NCBI GenBank assembly: GCA_963774665.1
Contig: CAVZGB010000021.1
Location: 255,467 to 319,466, forward strand
Length of the DNA: 64,000 nucleotides
DNA from: an uncultured delta proteobacterium
Lineage (GTDB): Bacteria > Desulfobacterota > Binatia > Binatales > Binataceae
Direction of reading: 5' to 3'
Each line of letters starts with the position of its first letter. The first letter of the stretch is position 1. Below, in pieces: positions 1 to 9,175 of this stretch. A program made the position numbers and the translations under genes. The notes under the pieces were generated by a model. It did no database searches, was not told where the DNA came from, and was given only the letters and a program-made list of their open reading frames with translations.

Positions 1-139
1 GGCCTACGCACAGAAGGAAGCCGAACGGCAGGGGCTGACAGATCAAATCGACATGCAGAAGCTCGAAAAAGCCGTCGAGCAGAAGACCGGCGTCCCGACC
101 TACATCATGCCGGGCCCGGCCCCTGGCAGCGCCAGCTAA
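1..139 (+). CDS. 3' end of a gene truncated by the window edge (...AYAQKEAERQGLTDQIDMQKLEKAVEQKTGVPTYIMPGPAPGSAS*); product not recognised
   Basis: Open frame in phase 2 from the window start to TAA at 137-139. Absent from the ORF track because it is truncated. Confidence 0.35.
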   Translation, partial: AYAQKEAERQGLTDQIDMQKLEKAVEQKTGVPTYIMPGPAPGSAS

Positions 140-153
140 GTCGGGGGAAGTCA

Positions 154-265
154 GTCACTTTTATTTTATGTGAAACCCGCCGTGGGTTTCACACTTCCTT
201 GGGCAGGGGCGACCCCTGCACCCAATGTTAAGACGAAGATGCGGGACTTCGTCCCTGTTCGAACG
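154..265 (+). repeat. Structured intergenic repeat, family 1, copy A. It has three consecutive hairpins: GTGAAACCC/GGGTTTCAC, CAGGGG/CCCCTG and GGGAC/GTCCC.
   Basis: About 90% identical to 43644-43748 and to the reverse-oriented partial copy at 4529-4596. It begins 15 nt after the upstream stop codon. Confidence 0.8.
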
Positions 266-291
266 GGTGAAGAGGATCCGTCTGCGCACGA

Positions 292-1914
292 TTACTTTGG
301 AGCGGCGACCTGCTTCTTTACGAGGTAAAAATATCGATGGCCGAGGCCGAACGGGCCGGGCCATTTTAGCCGCCGGACGACTTCCATGCCGGCGATCGGT
401 TCGCTCGCGATCGTGTACTCGTTCACTTTCGGCGACGTGATCATCGGGATTCCCGACTCGAGCTCCATCGTTTCGATTCCATGCTTGGGGTACCGATAAA
501 GATCTTCGCCGTTGAGCGGATAGCCCGCATCGATCGCTGATCGCGGAACTCCCTGGTGCTCCAGTTCGTTCCGGGTCGCGAGGACCACGGCCAAACCTCG
601 TTGATACGCATACGTCCCGCCTAGCGACATCAAGCCCATCGCGAGCGTCATCGCAAATCCCGCTGCCATGACCAGCCTCCTTCGAGGGAGCGGCGCAAGC
701 GCAAGCACGATCGCGCCGGCCGGCACCAGCACCAAGTAATAGCGATCGTTGTAAAACCATAACGGCACGGTAGCAGCCCAATAAATTAACGCCGCTATCA
801 GGATCGCCGCCGACGCTCGCCCGAGAGTTTTGAAGGTTGACGCTAGGGCAACGAAAAATCCGGCCGCGCCCACGCTCGCGAGCGCCAGCAGCACGTACTG
901 CCAGTCGCCTTCCCACATAAAGCGATTCGCCCCTCCGCGCAGTATCAGGACGTTGTGCCAACCGCCGAAGCAACTGTACTCGGGCGTTACGGGTAGCTCA
1001 TGGTCCAACTGCATCAGGATCAGAGCGGCTGCGAAAATCCCGACACCATAGAGCACCACTCTCCGCCATCGCGACGTTGTGAGCTGCAGAATCGCCAGCG
1101 GCGACAATACCGTGCCCAGGTAGAGCGCCGGGCCGAGCAATCCTGCGCGCAGGTAGGTCGCGAGCGGCACCAAAAAAAGGTAGTGGAAACGATTTTCGTT
1201 GAGCAGCAGGTCCCACGGCTTCGGGCCCAATACCGTCAGCCAGATCCACAGCCCCGTGCAGACCGCCAGCGCGACGCCGAACGGCGCCATCATCTTGATC
1301 CATCGCGCGAGGTCCCACCGATTGGTTCCGCGCGGCCTCGCATCGTAAACCAGCATCGCGCCGACGCATCCTGCTATCGCCATCGCGCCGAACGGCCGAA
1401 TCATGAATGCGATCACCGCCATCGCCGCGGCTAGCCACATCCACAACTGCTCGTGCTCCCCTTCCGCCTTGGCGAATGCAAGATGCGCCGCGACCAGCGC
1501 GGTCAGAAACGGAATTTCGGTCATGAACGAAAAACTCAGGAAGGTGAAGCACGGATTGCAGATCAGCAGCCCCGTCGCCGCGAGCGCCTGCCATCGCGGC
1601 GCTCCGCATTTGATCGCGAGCGCGTGGAACATCACGCCGCACAGCACTGCCAGCATCACCACCGACAGTTCCAGCGAAACCGAGTTCGCGCCGAACGCAT
1701 GCGCCCAGCCCACGCCGTAGAAGACCTGCGCTATCGGCATGTCCTGCGTGAAGCCGGCGAACCTCATCTCACCGGTGCGCAGGAACCGCCGCACGGCAGA
1801 GTCGTAGAGCCAACTGTCCACGACGGGCGCTTCCGTCAGCGGATGTAAAATCCAAAGCGCAAACGCGTACCATCCGATCACCACCGCTGCCGCGGTCCAT
1901 CCTGCGCGCCTCAT
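292..1914 (-). CDS. Polytopic GT-C fold membrane glycosyltransferase (ArnT/PMT-like, GT39/GT83-type) with a C-terminal soluble domain
   Basis: 540-aa ORF with 10 or more predicted transmembrane helices and an ArnT/PMT-type periplasmic loop layout. It is adjacent to ArnB-like and UXS-like genes. Family call is by resemblance only. Confidence 0.55.
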   Translation of the reverse strand: MRRAGWTAAAVVIGWYAFALWILHPLTEAPVVDSWLYDSAVRRFLRTGEMRFAGFTQDMPIAQVFYGVGWAHAFGANSVSLELSVVMLAVLCGVMFHALAIKCGAPRWQALAATGLLICNPCFTFLSFSFMTEIPFLTALVAAHLAFAKAEGEHEQLWMWLAAAMAVIAFMIRPFGAMAIAGCVGAMLVYDARPRGTNRWDLARWIKMMAPFGVALAVCTGLWIWLTVLGPKPWDLLLNENRFHYLFLVPLATYLRAGLLGPALYLGTVLSPLAILQLTTSRWRRVVLYGVGIFAAALILMQLDHELPVTPEYSCFGGWHNVLILRGGANRFMWEGDWQYVLLALASVGAAGFFVALASTFKTLGRASAAILIAALIYWAATVPLWFYNDRYYLVLVPAGAIVLALAPLPRRRLVMAAGFAMTLAMGLMSLGGTYAYQRGLAVVLATRNELEHQGVPRSAIDAGYPLNGEDLYRYPKHGIETMELESGIPMITSPKVNEYTIASEPIAGMEVVRRLKWPGPFGLGHRYFYLVKKQVAAPK

Positions 1915-2008
1915 CGACTCCTGCCTTGCTCCCGTTTTGACCTATCCCTTATACTCCGAAATTAACTCGACCAACGGGACTGCACCGATTTCAATCGAAT
2001 CACACACG

Positions 2009-3190
2009 ATGCGACAAGTAGCTTTTCATCGTCCGTCCATCGGACCCGACGAGGAGCGTGAGGTACTCGACACCCTGCGCTCCGGATGGATCACCACCGG
2101 CCCCAAGGCCAAGCGCTTCGAAACCGAATTCGCCGACTACGTCGGCGCCAAACACGCCCTCGCCCTTTCCCATTGCACCGGGGCGCTGCATCTCTCGCTA
2201 TGGGCGCTCGGCATCGGCCCCGGCGACGAGGTTATCACCACGCCGTTCACCTTCACCGCGACTGCTGAAATTCTCGGCTACCTCGGCGCGCGTCCGGTGT
2301 TCGTCGACGTCGATCCCGGCACCTTCAACATCAATCCCGCCCGTATTGAGGAGGCGCTCGAGAGCGGCGCGAACAAACGCGTCCGCGCGATTCTGCCGGT
2401 TCACTTCGCCGGTCATGCCTGCGACATGGACCGGATTCTCAACATCGCGCGCACCTACAATTTGAAAGTTGTCGAAGATGCCGCGCACGCCGCCGGTTCC
2501 GCGCGCCACATGGACGGCCGCGGGATGGCGAAAGTCGGCACCATCGGCGACCTCACCTGCTTCAGTTTCTACGCCACCAAAAATTTCACCACCGCCGAGG
2601 GCGGCATGATCACCACCTCGGACGACGCGCTGGCGGAGAAAATCGCGGTCGCCAGCCTGCACGGGATGAACAAGGACGCGTGGAAGCGCTACGACAAGAG
2701 CGGCTCGTGGTACTACGAAATCCACGACATGGGCTTCAAGTACAATCTGTCCGACGTGCACGCCGCCATCGGATTGGCTCAGCTCAAGCGCGCCGACGAC
2801 TTCATGCGCCGACGCGGTGAAATCGCGCGCGCCTACAACGACGCCTTTCGCGGCGACGACGCGCTCCAGCCTGCGTACTCCGAGCCCGGCATCGAGCACG
2901 CCTGGCATCTCTACGTCCTGCGGATCCGCCCCGAGCGGCTCAAGCTCGGCCGCAATCAGTTCGTCGAACTTTTGCGCGAGCGCGGCGTCGGATGCTCCGT
3001 GCACTGCATCCCGCTGCACACGATGCACTACTACCAGCGGATGTACGGTTACCGCGACGGCGATTTTCCCATCGCCGAAGACATCTTCAGCCGATGCCTG
3101 TCGCTGCCCATTTACGCCGCCATGACCGACGACGACGTGGCTTACGTGATCGAAACCGTTCGCGCCATCGCGCGTGAAAACCGTCGCTGA
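2009..3190 (+). CDS. DegT/DnrJ/EryC1/StrS PLP-dependent sugar aminotransferase (ArnB-like, UDP-4-keto-pentose aminotransferase)
   Basis: Motifs are collinear with ArnB: SGWITTGPK, GDEVITTP, ILPVHFAG, VVEDAAHA, FSFYATKNFTTAEGGMITT, FKYNLSDVHAAIGLAQL and HAWHLY. The ORF track starts at 1937; the ArnB-like N-terminus begins at M25 (MRQVAFHRPSIG). Confidence 0.8.
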   Translation: MRQVAFHRPSIGPDEEREVLDTLRSGWITTGPKAKRFETEFADYVGAKHALALSHCTGALHLSLWALGIGPGDEVITTPFTFTATAEILGYLGARPVFVDVDPGTFNINPARIEEALESGANKRVRAILPVHFAGHACDMDRILNIARTYNLKVVEDAAHAAGSARHMDGRGMAKVGTIGDLTCFSFYATKNFTTAEGGMITTSDDALAEKIAVASLHGMNKDAWKRYDKSGSWYYEIHDMGFKYNLSDVHAAIGLAQLKRADDFMRRRGEIARAYNDAFRGDDALQPAYSEPGIEHAWHLYVLRIRPERLKLGRNQFVELLRERGVGCSVHCIPLHTMHYYQRMYGYRDGDFPIAEDIFSRCLSLPIYAAMTDDDVAYVIETVRAIARENRR

Positions 3191-3205
3191 CCCGGGAGAA
3201 CAACT

Positions 3206-4147
3206 GTGCGAACACTGGTAACCGGCGGAGCAGGATTTCTCGGCTCTCATCTATGCGAGCGCCTGCTCAAGGACGGCGAGGAGGTCATCTGCCTCGACAA
3301 TTTCTTCAGCGGCAAACGCGCCAACATCTCGCATCTGCTCGGCAACCGCAATTTCGAATTCATCCGTCACGATGTAGTCGAGCCAATCCTGCTCGAAGTC
3401 GATCGCATCTTCAGCCTTGCTTGCCCCGCCTCGCCCGTGCATTACCAATACAACCCGGTGAAGACCACAAAGACCTCGGTAATGGGCACGATCAACATGC
3501 TGGGCCTCGCCAAGCGGGTCCACGCACGCATCCTGCTCACGTCGACCAGCGAAGTTTACGGCGACCCCGAGGAGCATCCGCAAACCGAATCATATTGGGG
3601 AAACGTAAATCCGATCGGCGTGCGCTCCTGCTACGACGAGGGCAAGCGCGTCGCCGAATGCCTCATGATGGACTATCACCGGCAGAACAACGTCGACACT
3701 CGCATCGTGCGCATCTTCAACACTTACGGCCCGCGGATGGCGATCAACGACGGCCGCGTGGTCTCGAACTTCTGCGTCGCTGCACTGCGCGGCGAAGATC
3801 TCGAGATTTACGGCGACGGCAATTCGACCCGCTCGTTCGCCTACGTCGACGACATCATCGACGCCCTCGTGCGCATGATGAATCAGGACACGCATATCGG
3901 GCCGGTGAACATCGGCAACCCCGACGAATTCACGATCGCGGAACTCGCCAAGCTCGCGATCGAGCTGGCGGGCAGTTCCTCGAAGGTAGTGATCAAGAAT
4001 CCGCGCGCCGACGATCCAGTCCGCCGCAAACCAAATATCGAGCTGGCGAAAAAAGTTCTCGGATGGGAGCCGCGTATCGCGCTTCGCCCCGGCCTCGAAA
4101 AAACCATCCTGCATTTTCGCGAAATACTCGGCATCCCGCAGAAATAG
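3206..4147 (+). CDS. UDP-glucuronate decarboxylase (UXS-type short-chain dehydrogenase / ArnA-decarboxylase-like)
   Basis: 313 aa with GTG start. [10 protein letters not shown] Rossmann motif and YDEGKR catalytic motif. Strongly UXS1-like along its whole length. Confidence 0.8.
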   Translation: MRTLVTGGAGFLGSHLCERLLKDGEEVICLDNFFSGKRANISHLLGNRNFEFIRHDVVEPILLEVDRIFSLACPASPVHYQYNPVKTTKTSVMGTINMLGLAKRVHARILLTSTSEVYGDPEEHPQTESYWGNVNPIGVRSCYDEGKRVAECLMMDYHRQNNVDTRIVRIFNTYGPRMAINDGRVVSNFCVAALRGEDLEIYGDGNSTRSFAYVDDIIDALVRMMNQDTHIGPVNIGNPDEFTIAELAKLAIELAGSSSKVVIKNPRADDPVRRKPNIELAKKVLGWEPRIALRPGLEKTILHFREILGIPQK

Positions 4148-4242
4148 CGCGCTTTTGTAAGCAGCCGTTCGGCTTGCGATTCGTTTCCGACGGCGACAAG
4201 ATAATCTTAGAGTCCTTTCTCCGCGCAAATCACCGAAGCATC

Positions 4243-4524
4243 ATGAATTCAAGGATTTCGCGAGCCGCGTTCCCATTGCTTTTGTTAGTCGCGATCGCGG
4301 GATGCTCCGCGACACCACCGCCGCCTGCTCCCGCGCCGGCGTCAATCGTGTACATGCCGCCAGATCCCAATCCGCCTCCGCCCGACGAATGGAACATATT
4401 GCCCGACCCGACCACCGGTCAGGTCGACGTCTATCATCAAGGCGGCTACGTAGGCTCCGTCACCGGCGACGAGCCCGCCAACCAGGACCCACCAATCCCG
4501 CACCCCGTCCCGCGCACGGACTAA
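4243..4524 (+). CDS. Small proline-rich lipoprotein
   Basis: Last 93 codons of the 3253..4524 frame. Lipobox LLLVAIAGC followed by a Pro-rich tract. The upstream part of that frame overlaps the UXS gene out of frame and is not coding. Confidence 0.45.
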   Translation: MNSRISRAAFPLLLLVAIAGCSATPPPPAPAPASIVYMPPDPNPPPPDEWNILPDPTTGQVDVYHQGGYVGSVTGDEPANQDPPIPHPVPRTD

Positions 4525-4528
4525 ATAC

Positions 4529-4596
4529 TGGGCGCAGGGGTTACCCTGTCGAAGGAAGTGTGAAACCCACCGCGGGTTTCACATTAAATAAAGTTC
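4529..4596 (-). repeat. Family 1 repeat, truncated copy B in reverse orientation (first two hairpins only)
   Basis: Its reverse complement matches copy A positions 161-230. It lies between the convergent lipoprotein and acyl-CoA dehydrogenase genes, so it sits 3' of the minus-strand gene. Confidence 0.7.
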
Positions 4597-4613
4597 TCCA
4601 GTTCCCCTGCCCT

Positions 4614-5786
4614 TCACTTCAGAAGGTTGCGCGCGATCACGACGCGCTGAATCTGCGAAGTGCCCTCGTAGATCTGTAATAACTTCGCGTCGCGCATCAG
4701 CTTCTCGACCGGATATTCCTTCATATAGCCATAACCGCCGAAAATCTGCACCGCGTCGGTCGTGATCCGCATCGTCGCGTCGGCGCTAAACGCTTTCGCG
4801 TACGCTGAAATCGTGTTCGCCCCCTGTCCCTTGTCGACCAGCCACGCCGCCTTGTACGTCAGCAGCCGCATCGCTTCGATTTCGATCGCCATGTCCGCCA
4901 TCATGAACTGGATCGCCTGGAAGTTTGCGATCGGCTGCCCGAACGCGCTGCGCTGCTTCGAGTACTTGAGGCATTCGTCGAGCGCGCGCTGCGCAATCCC
5001 GATCGCGATCGCGCCAATCTCCGGCCGGCTGTGATCGAACGTCGCCATCGCGTACTTGAAGCCCTCGCCCTCGCGCCCGACCAGCGCGCTGGCCGGAATC
5101 CGCACGTCCTCATAAAAAATTTCGCCGGTATCCGCGGCGCGCTGCCCGAGCTTGCCATGCATCCGGTTGCGCGTGATTCCCGGCACACTCGACGGAAACA
5201 CGAAGCATGAGATGCCCTTGTGCTTGAGCCGCTTGTCCGACGTCGCGAAGGTGACGTACCAGTCCGCGCGCGACCCATTCGAGATGAAATGCTTGGTGCC
5301 GTTGAGGATGTACTCGTCGCCCTCGCGCCGATAGGTCGTGCTCATCGCAGCGACGTCCGAGCCCGCGCCTGGCTCCGTGATCGCGAACGCGCAGAAGGTC
5401 AGCTTCTTTACCAGCTGCCCGAGATAGGTTCGCTTCTGCTCGTCGTTGCCCGCGATCAGAATCGGCAGCGTCGCGAGGTCGTTGGCGCCGACCGCGTTCG
5501 AGATTCCCGCGCATCCGTAGTTCAGCTCCTCGACGATCAGGCTGGTGTCGAGCACGCCAAGCCCCGGTCCGCCCAGCTCCTTCGGTACTCCGAAGTTCAT
5601 CAGCCCCGCCGCGAACGCCTTCTCGCACACGTCGACCGGAAAAATTTCCTTTTCATCGTACTCACGAGCGCGCGGAATTATTTCCTGCTCGGCAAACTTA
5701 TGCGCCAGCTGTTTCAGTTCGAGCTGTTCGTCGGTCAAATCAAAACCCAGCATCGTAATATTCTCCCCGCGATCGATCGTCGCCAT
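4614..5786 (-). CDS. Acyl-CoA dehydrogenase
   Basis: 390 aa with typical ACAD N-terminal, middle and C-terminal domains (…YEGTSQIQRVVIAR…). Confidence 0.9.
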   Translation of the reverse strand: MATIDRGENITMLGFDLTDEQLELKQLAHKFAEQEIIPRAREYDEKEIFPVDVCEKAFAAGLMNFGVPKELGGPGLGVLDTSLIVEELNYGCAGISNAVGANDLATLPILIAGNDEQKRTYLGQLVKKLTFCAFAITEPGAGSDVAAMSTTYRREGDEYILNGTKHFISNGSRADWYVTFATSDKRLKHKGISCFVFPSSVPGITRNRMHGKLGQRAADTGEIFYEDVRIPASALVGREGEGFKYAMATFDHSRPEIGAIAIGIAQRALDECLKYSKQRSAFGQPIANFQAIQFMMADMAIEIEAMRLLTYKAAWLVDKGQGANTISAYAKAFSADATMRITTDAVQIFGGYGYMKEYPVEKLMRDAKLLQIYEGTSQIQRVVIARNLLK

Positions 5787-6039
5787 TTGTGTTAATCGAC
5801 CGCACGCCCCAATGAAAGAGCAGCGCCTTCTGTCATGCTGAGGAAGCGAGCAGCGCGAGCGGAAGGAAGCATCTCGGACAGGTTCGCTTCACGCGAACCC
5901 GGTTCCGGTCTCTGTAATCGCGCGCTTCGCGCGCTCCTCTATCAGCCGCGCCGTTCGCTCAAAGCTCTTGCGCGCCTTGAAAAACCGCGCGCATGTCGAT
6001 ACGAGGGTAGATGAGTTTGAAAACTAAAGGAGATCCACG

Positions 6040-6339
6040 ATGCCGATTACCGTGATTGCGAAACTTAAAGTACAGCCCGGCAAAGACGCCGAGTTCGAAG
6101 CAGCAGCAAAACAAATGATCGCGACCGTGAAAACCGCTGAGCCCGGCACTCTTTCCTACGTCCTCCACAAAAACACCAAGGATGCGACCGAGTTCATCTA
6201 CTACGAGGTCTACCAGGATCAGGCCGCGTTCGACGCGCACGGCAAGACTGATCACATGAAAGCTTTCGGTGGCAAAATCGGCGCGCTGCTGGCCGGCCGC
6301 CCGGAGATCTCGATCCTCCAGGAAGTCGCCCGCAAATAA
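6040..6339 (+). CDS. Antibiotic-biosynthesis-monooxygenase (ABM) domain protein / putative quinol monooxygenase
   Basis: 99 aa matching the ABM fold pattern. Strong RBS AAGGAG lies 8 nt upstream. Confidence 0.65.
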   Translation: MPITVIAKLKVQPGKDAEFEAAAKQMIATVKTAEPGTLSYVLHKNTKDATEFIYYEVYQDQAAFDAHGKTDHMKAFGGKIGALLAGRPEISILQEVARK

Positions 6340-6344
6340 TATCT

Positions 6345-6431
6345 GCGCGATTGTTGCCCTTCCCTCGGGTTAGGCAGACTCTAATTCCGGTTCCCCTTCC
6401 CACTCGGGGAGGGCTTGGGGGTTAGGTTGCT
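6345..6431 (+). repeat. Structured intergenic repeat, family 2, copy i: a CCCCTTCCC-loop-GGGRAGGG hairpin followed by GGGGTTAGGTT, about 1.5 units
   Basis: Shares CGCGATTGTTSCCCTTCCCTCG…GGTTAGG with 12495-12544. Also related to 43830-43870, 60695-60738 and 50237-50278. Confidence 0.75.
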
Positions 6432-6668
6432 GCTTTTGGAGATGTCCAACTTTGCCTGACCCCAGCGGATTTTCTGTGCTACGCATATTCGCGTGGACAA
6501 ACGTCATCACATCCCGGCGTCGCCCAAATGAGGCGACGCCGGCTTCTATTTGACGGAACGAGCTACCCTTGATAGCGCCATGACGCATTTTTGCTGGTGA
6601 AAATCTCCTCCGGCAAAGATTTAGTTCTGATAGGAGGTTCAGAATATTGCGTACTAGAGGGAGGAACG

Positions 6669-7865
6669 ATGGCACGCAGCAACGGATGGATGCGCAGGAA
6701 ATGGCGGTCTCTAATTTTCGCGTCTGCGATCAGCAGCCTGATTATTTTCGCAAACGGGACAGCGTCCGCTAAAACAACTCCCCCGCTTTCGCTATGCGTT
6801 AATCACGCCGGCTCGGGCGGATGCTTAACCACAATCCAGGGCGCAGTGGACATGGTGCCGGCGGGCGGCAACGCGACTATTACCATCGCTGCCGATGTCA
6901 CCCCGTACGTAGAAGACGTCACTGTCACCGACGCAACCGTCAGCTTCGTAGGCGGCGGTGCTGGAATGACCGTGGTGGACGGCACCAACGTTTCGAGCAT
7001 TCCCACATTCAAGTTTCAAAATGATTCGAATGGCGAGCTGCACTCGATGACGATCGAGAACGGCAACGGCGGTCAAGGCAGCAACGTGAATTTCATCCAG
7101 TTCGCTTCGAAGGGCAACGGGGGCGTCGGAACCCTGAAGATCGAGAATTGTGAAATTACCGGCGGTGTACGGCCTTCCAACATCCTTCCGGAGGGCGCCA
7201 TCTTTTTCGTCGGAAAGACGCTCATCATCGATTCCTCCAGCATCGACAACAATGTGGACCAGGGCATTCTCATCGGTGGCGCGCCACACGTATTCATCAC
7301 CAACACCACCATCAGCGACAACGACACCACCGGCAATAACGGCAATGCGACCGGATGCGGAATGCACATTTCGTCGGGCACAGTTGTGCTCAACAACGAC
7401 ACCATCACAGACAACCATTGCGTGGGAGGTTCCGGCCACGGGCAATCGCCGACTGTAGGGGGCGGACTTTTCATCGATTTCCCCGCCAAAGTCTCGATAT
7501 CGAACACCGTGATTGCAAACAATACCGTCGCTGGCACTTTGCCCGCCGGGCCGGACTGTTTTGCACCCGGCAAGGGCGTCAAGTCGAAGGGATTCAATCT
7601 GATAAAGGATACCTCGTCCTGCACTATCAAGCTCCAGAAATCTGATATCGCCGCGGGAACCGACCCTTCGCTGGGTTCGCTCGCTGCGTGTGCGTCCAGC
7701 GGACTCGAGGTTGAAACGCCGCTGGGAGGCAGCCCGATAATTGGAAAAGGAAATCCGGGCAAGCTTACCGGCAAGGTTGGCGCTAAGGGCTCGAGCTGTC
7801 TGCCCACCGACGAATGCGGAGCCGCGCGCGCAAAAGGAACGTGCACCATCGGCGCTGCCCAATGA
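6669..7865 (+). CDS. Secreted right-handed parallel beta-helix repeat protein (pectate-lyase-fold; possible polysaccharide lyase or adhesin)
   Basis: Signal peptide MRRKWRSLIFASAISSLIIFANGTASA. Repeated motifs ITG/IxN/NNT…DN/G-rich rungs, and a Cys-rich C-terminus. The ORF track begins at TTG 6591; the internal ATG at about 6669 gives a proper signal peptide. Confidence 0.55.
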   Translation: MARSNGWMRRKWRSLIFASAISSLIIFANGTASAKTTPPLSLCVNHAGSGGCLTTIQGAVDMVPAGGNATITIAADVTPYVEDVTVTDATVSFVGGGAGMTVVDGTNVSSIPTFKFQNDSNGELHSMTIENGNGGQGSNVNFIQFASKGNGGVGTLKIENCEITGGVRPSNILPEGAIFFVGKTLIIDSSSIDNNVDQGILIGGAPHVFITNTTISDNDTTGNNGNATGCGMHISSGTVVLNNDTITDNHCVGGSGHGQSPTVGGGLFIDFPAKVSISNTVIANNTVAGTLPAGPDCFAPGKGVKSKGFNLIKDTSSCTIKLQKSDIAAGTDPSLGSLAACASSGLEVETPLGGSPIIGKGNPGKLTGKVGAKGSSCLPTDECGAARAKGTCTIGAAQ

Positions 7866-7924
7866 AGGGTTCGCTGACGACGTGAAATATTTTATACTTC
7901 AAGTAATGGTTTAGATTAATCACA

Positions 7925-9175
7925 ATGCCTTCCACCCTCGCAATCCTCGGCGGCCAGCCGCTTCGCACTCGCCCCTTCCCGGCGTGGCCAGTTTTCGACG
8001 TCCGCGAACGTGCGCAGCTCGAAGACGTCCTCACCTCGCAAAGCTGGGGCGGCTACCCAAGTCCCAATCGCAAGGCCGCCGAGTTCGCCGCCGCATTCGC
8101 CGCCTACCAGGGCGCTCGCTTCGCGATTCCGACCACGTCCGGCACCAGCGCGCTCGAGGTCGCACTCAAAGCACTCGGCATCGGCGCCGGCGACGAGGTC
8201 ATCGTCCCCGCGATCACTTTCGCCGCGACCCCTTACGCTGCCGTCGCATGCATGGCGCGTCCCGTCTTCGCCGACGTCAGCGCTGCTGACGCATGCATCG
8301 ATCCCAAATCCGTCAAGCGTCTGATCACGCGCCGCACCAAGGCGATCATCCCGGTCCATTACGGCGCGTCGCTCGCCGATCTCGACGCACTCGCGGAAAT
8401 CTCGCGCGCGCATTCCATCCCGATCGTCGAAGACTGCGCCCACGTCCCCGGCGCTCAGTTCCGCGATCGCGGCGTCGGCACTCACGGCGCTCTCGGATGC
8501 TTCAGTTTTCAGTCCTCGAAGCCGATGACCGCGGGCGAAGGTGGAATGATCACGACCGACGATCCCGAGCTCGAGCAGCGATGCCAGTCGCTCATCAACT
8601 GCGGACGCCGCCGCCCGGAAGACAATTTCGAAGGTCCGCTGATGGGCGCGAACTATCGGATGACGGAATGGCAATGCGGAATTCTGCTCGCGCAACTCGC
8701 GCGCCTGCCCGAACAGATCGAGCACAAGAGCCGCGCCGCCGCCCGCCTGCGCGCAGAACTCGCCGCCATCAAGGGTCTGAGCCCGATCGCACGCGATCCA
8801 CGGGTCACGCGCGAAGTAGTCTACGCATTTGTATTTCTCGTCGACGAATCCGCGCTCGGCGTGTCGCGCAATCGATTCGTCCGCGCACTTCGCGCCGAAG
8901 GCATACCATGCGGCGTCGCCAACGACCCGGTTTATCGCTCCGCACTATTTCCGCGCGAGTCCGCCCCCTATCGCAAAGCAGTTGAACTGGCGGGCGCCAA
9001 TCCCGACACCGCCGCGATCGATTGCCCCGTCGCTGAGCGTTTGTTCGAGCACGCCATCGTCTCGATACCGCACGAATGCCTGCTCGGCGACGACCACGAC
9101 CTCGACGACATCATCGCCGCAGCCGCCAAAGTGGCTTCCGGAGCCACCGACCTCGCCTCGGCCAAATTGAAATGA
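7925..9175 (+). CDS. DegT/DnrJ/EryC1/StrS family PLP-dependent aminotransferase (second paralog)
   Basis: 416 aa with aminotransferase motifs: FAIPTTSGTSALEVAL, IIPVHYGAS, IVEDCAHV and FSFQSSKPMTAGEGGMITT. Confidence 0.85.
   Translation: MPSTLAILGGQPLRTRPFPAWPVFDVRERAQLEDVLTSQSWGGYPSPNRKAAEFAAAFAAYQGARFAIPTTSGTSALEVALKALGIGAGDEVIVPAITFAATPYAAVACMARPVFADVSAADACIDPKSVKRLITRRTKAIIPVHYGASLADLDALAEISRAHSIPIVEDCAHVPGAQFRDRGVGTHGALGCFSFQSSKPMTAGEGGMITTDDPELEQRCQSLINCGRRRPEDNFEGPLMGANYRMTEWQCGILLAQLARLPEQIEHKSRAAARLRAELAAIKGLSPIARDPRVTREVVYAFVFLVDESALGVSRNRFVRALRAEGIPCGVANDPVYRSALFPRESAPYRKAVELAGANPDTAAIDCPVAERLFEHAIVSIPHECLLGDDHDLDDIIAAAAKVASGATDLASAKLK

Noticed and set aside
161-973. Long ORFs overlapping annotated genes in other frames or on the other strand. 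Examples: 161..973-, 998..1642-, 2198..3250-, 3253..4524+ (its first 330 codons), 5220..5795+, 9663..10223-, 12020..12691+, 14356..15387+, 34002..34670-, 36376..37326+, 38154..39437+, 39573..40196-, 41210..42508+, 47145..48482-, 50287..51771-, 53704..54468+, 62545..63141-.
   Set aside because: Their translations are dominated by Arg/Pro/Gly/Ala runs with no motifs. That is the usual signature of open alternative frames in high-GC DNA. The overlapping genes carry clear family motifs.
5881-5934. Perfect short palindromes GGTTCGC-TTCAC-GCGAACC and GCGCGC-TTC-GCGCGC in the acyl-CoA dehydrogenase/ABM divergent intergenic region
   Set aside because: Short GC palindromes are expected by chance at this GC content and I see no repetition elsewhere in the window. 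They may be operators, but are not distinctive enough to call.
6591-6668. TTG-initiated 26-codon N-terminal extension of the beta-helix protein
   Set aside because: The extension precedes a textbook signal peptide, which only works if translation starts at the internal ATG at about 6669. By my count the printed bases near 6660 also contain one more G than the ORF-track translation implies, so coordinates here carry a ±1 uncertainty.
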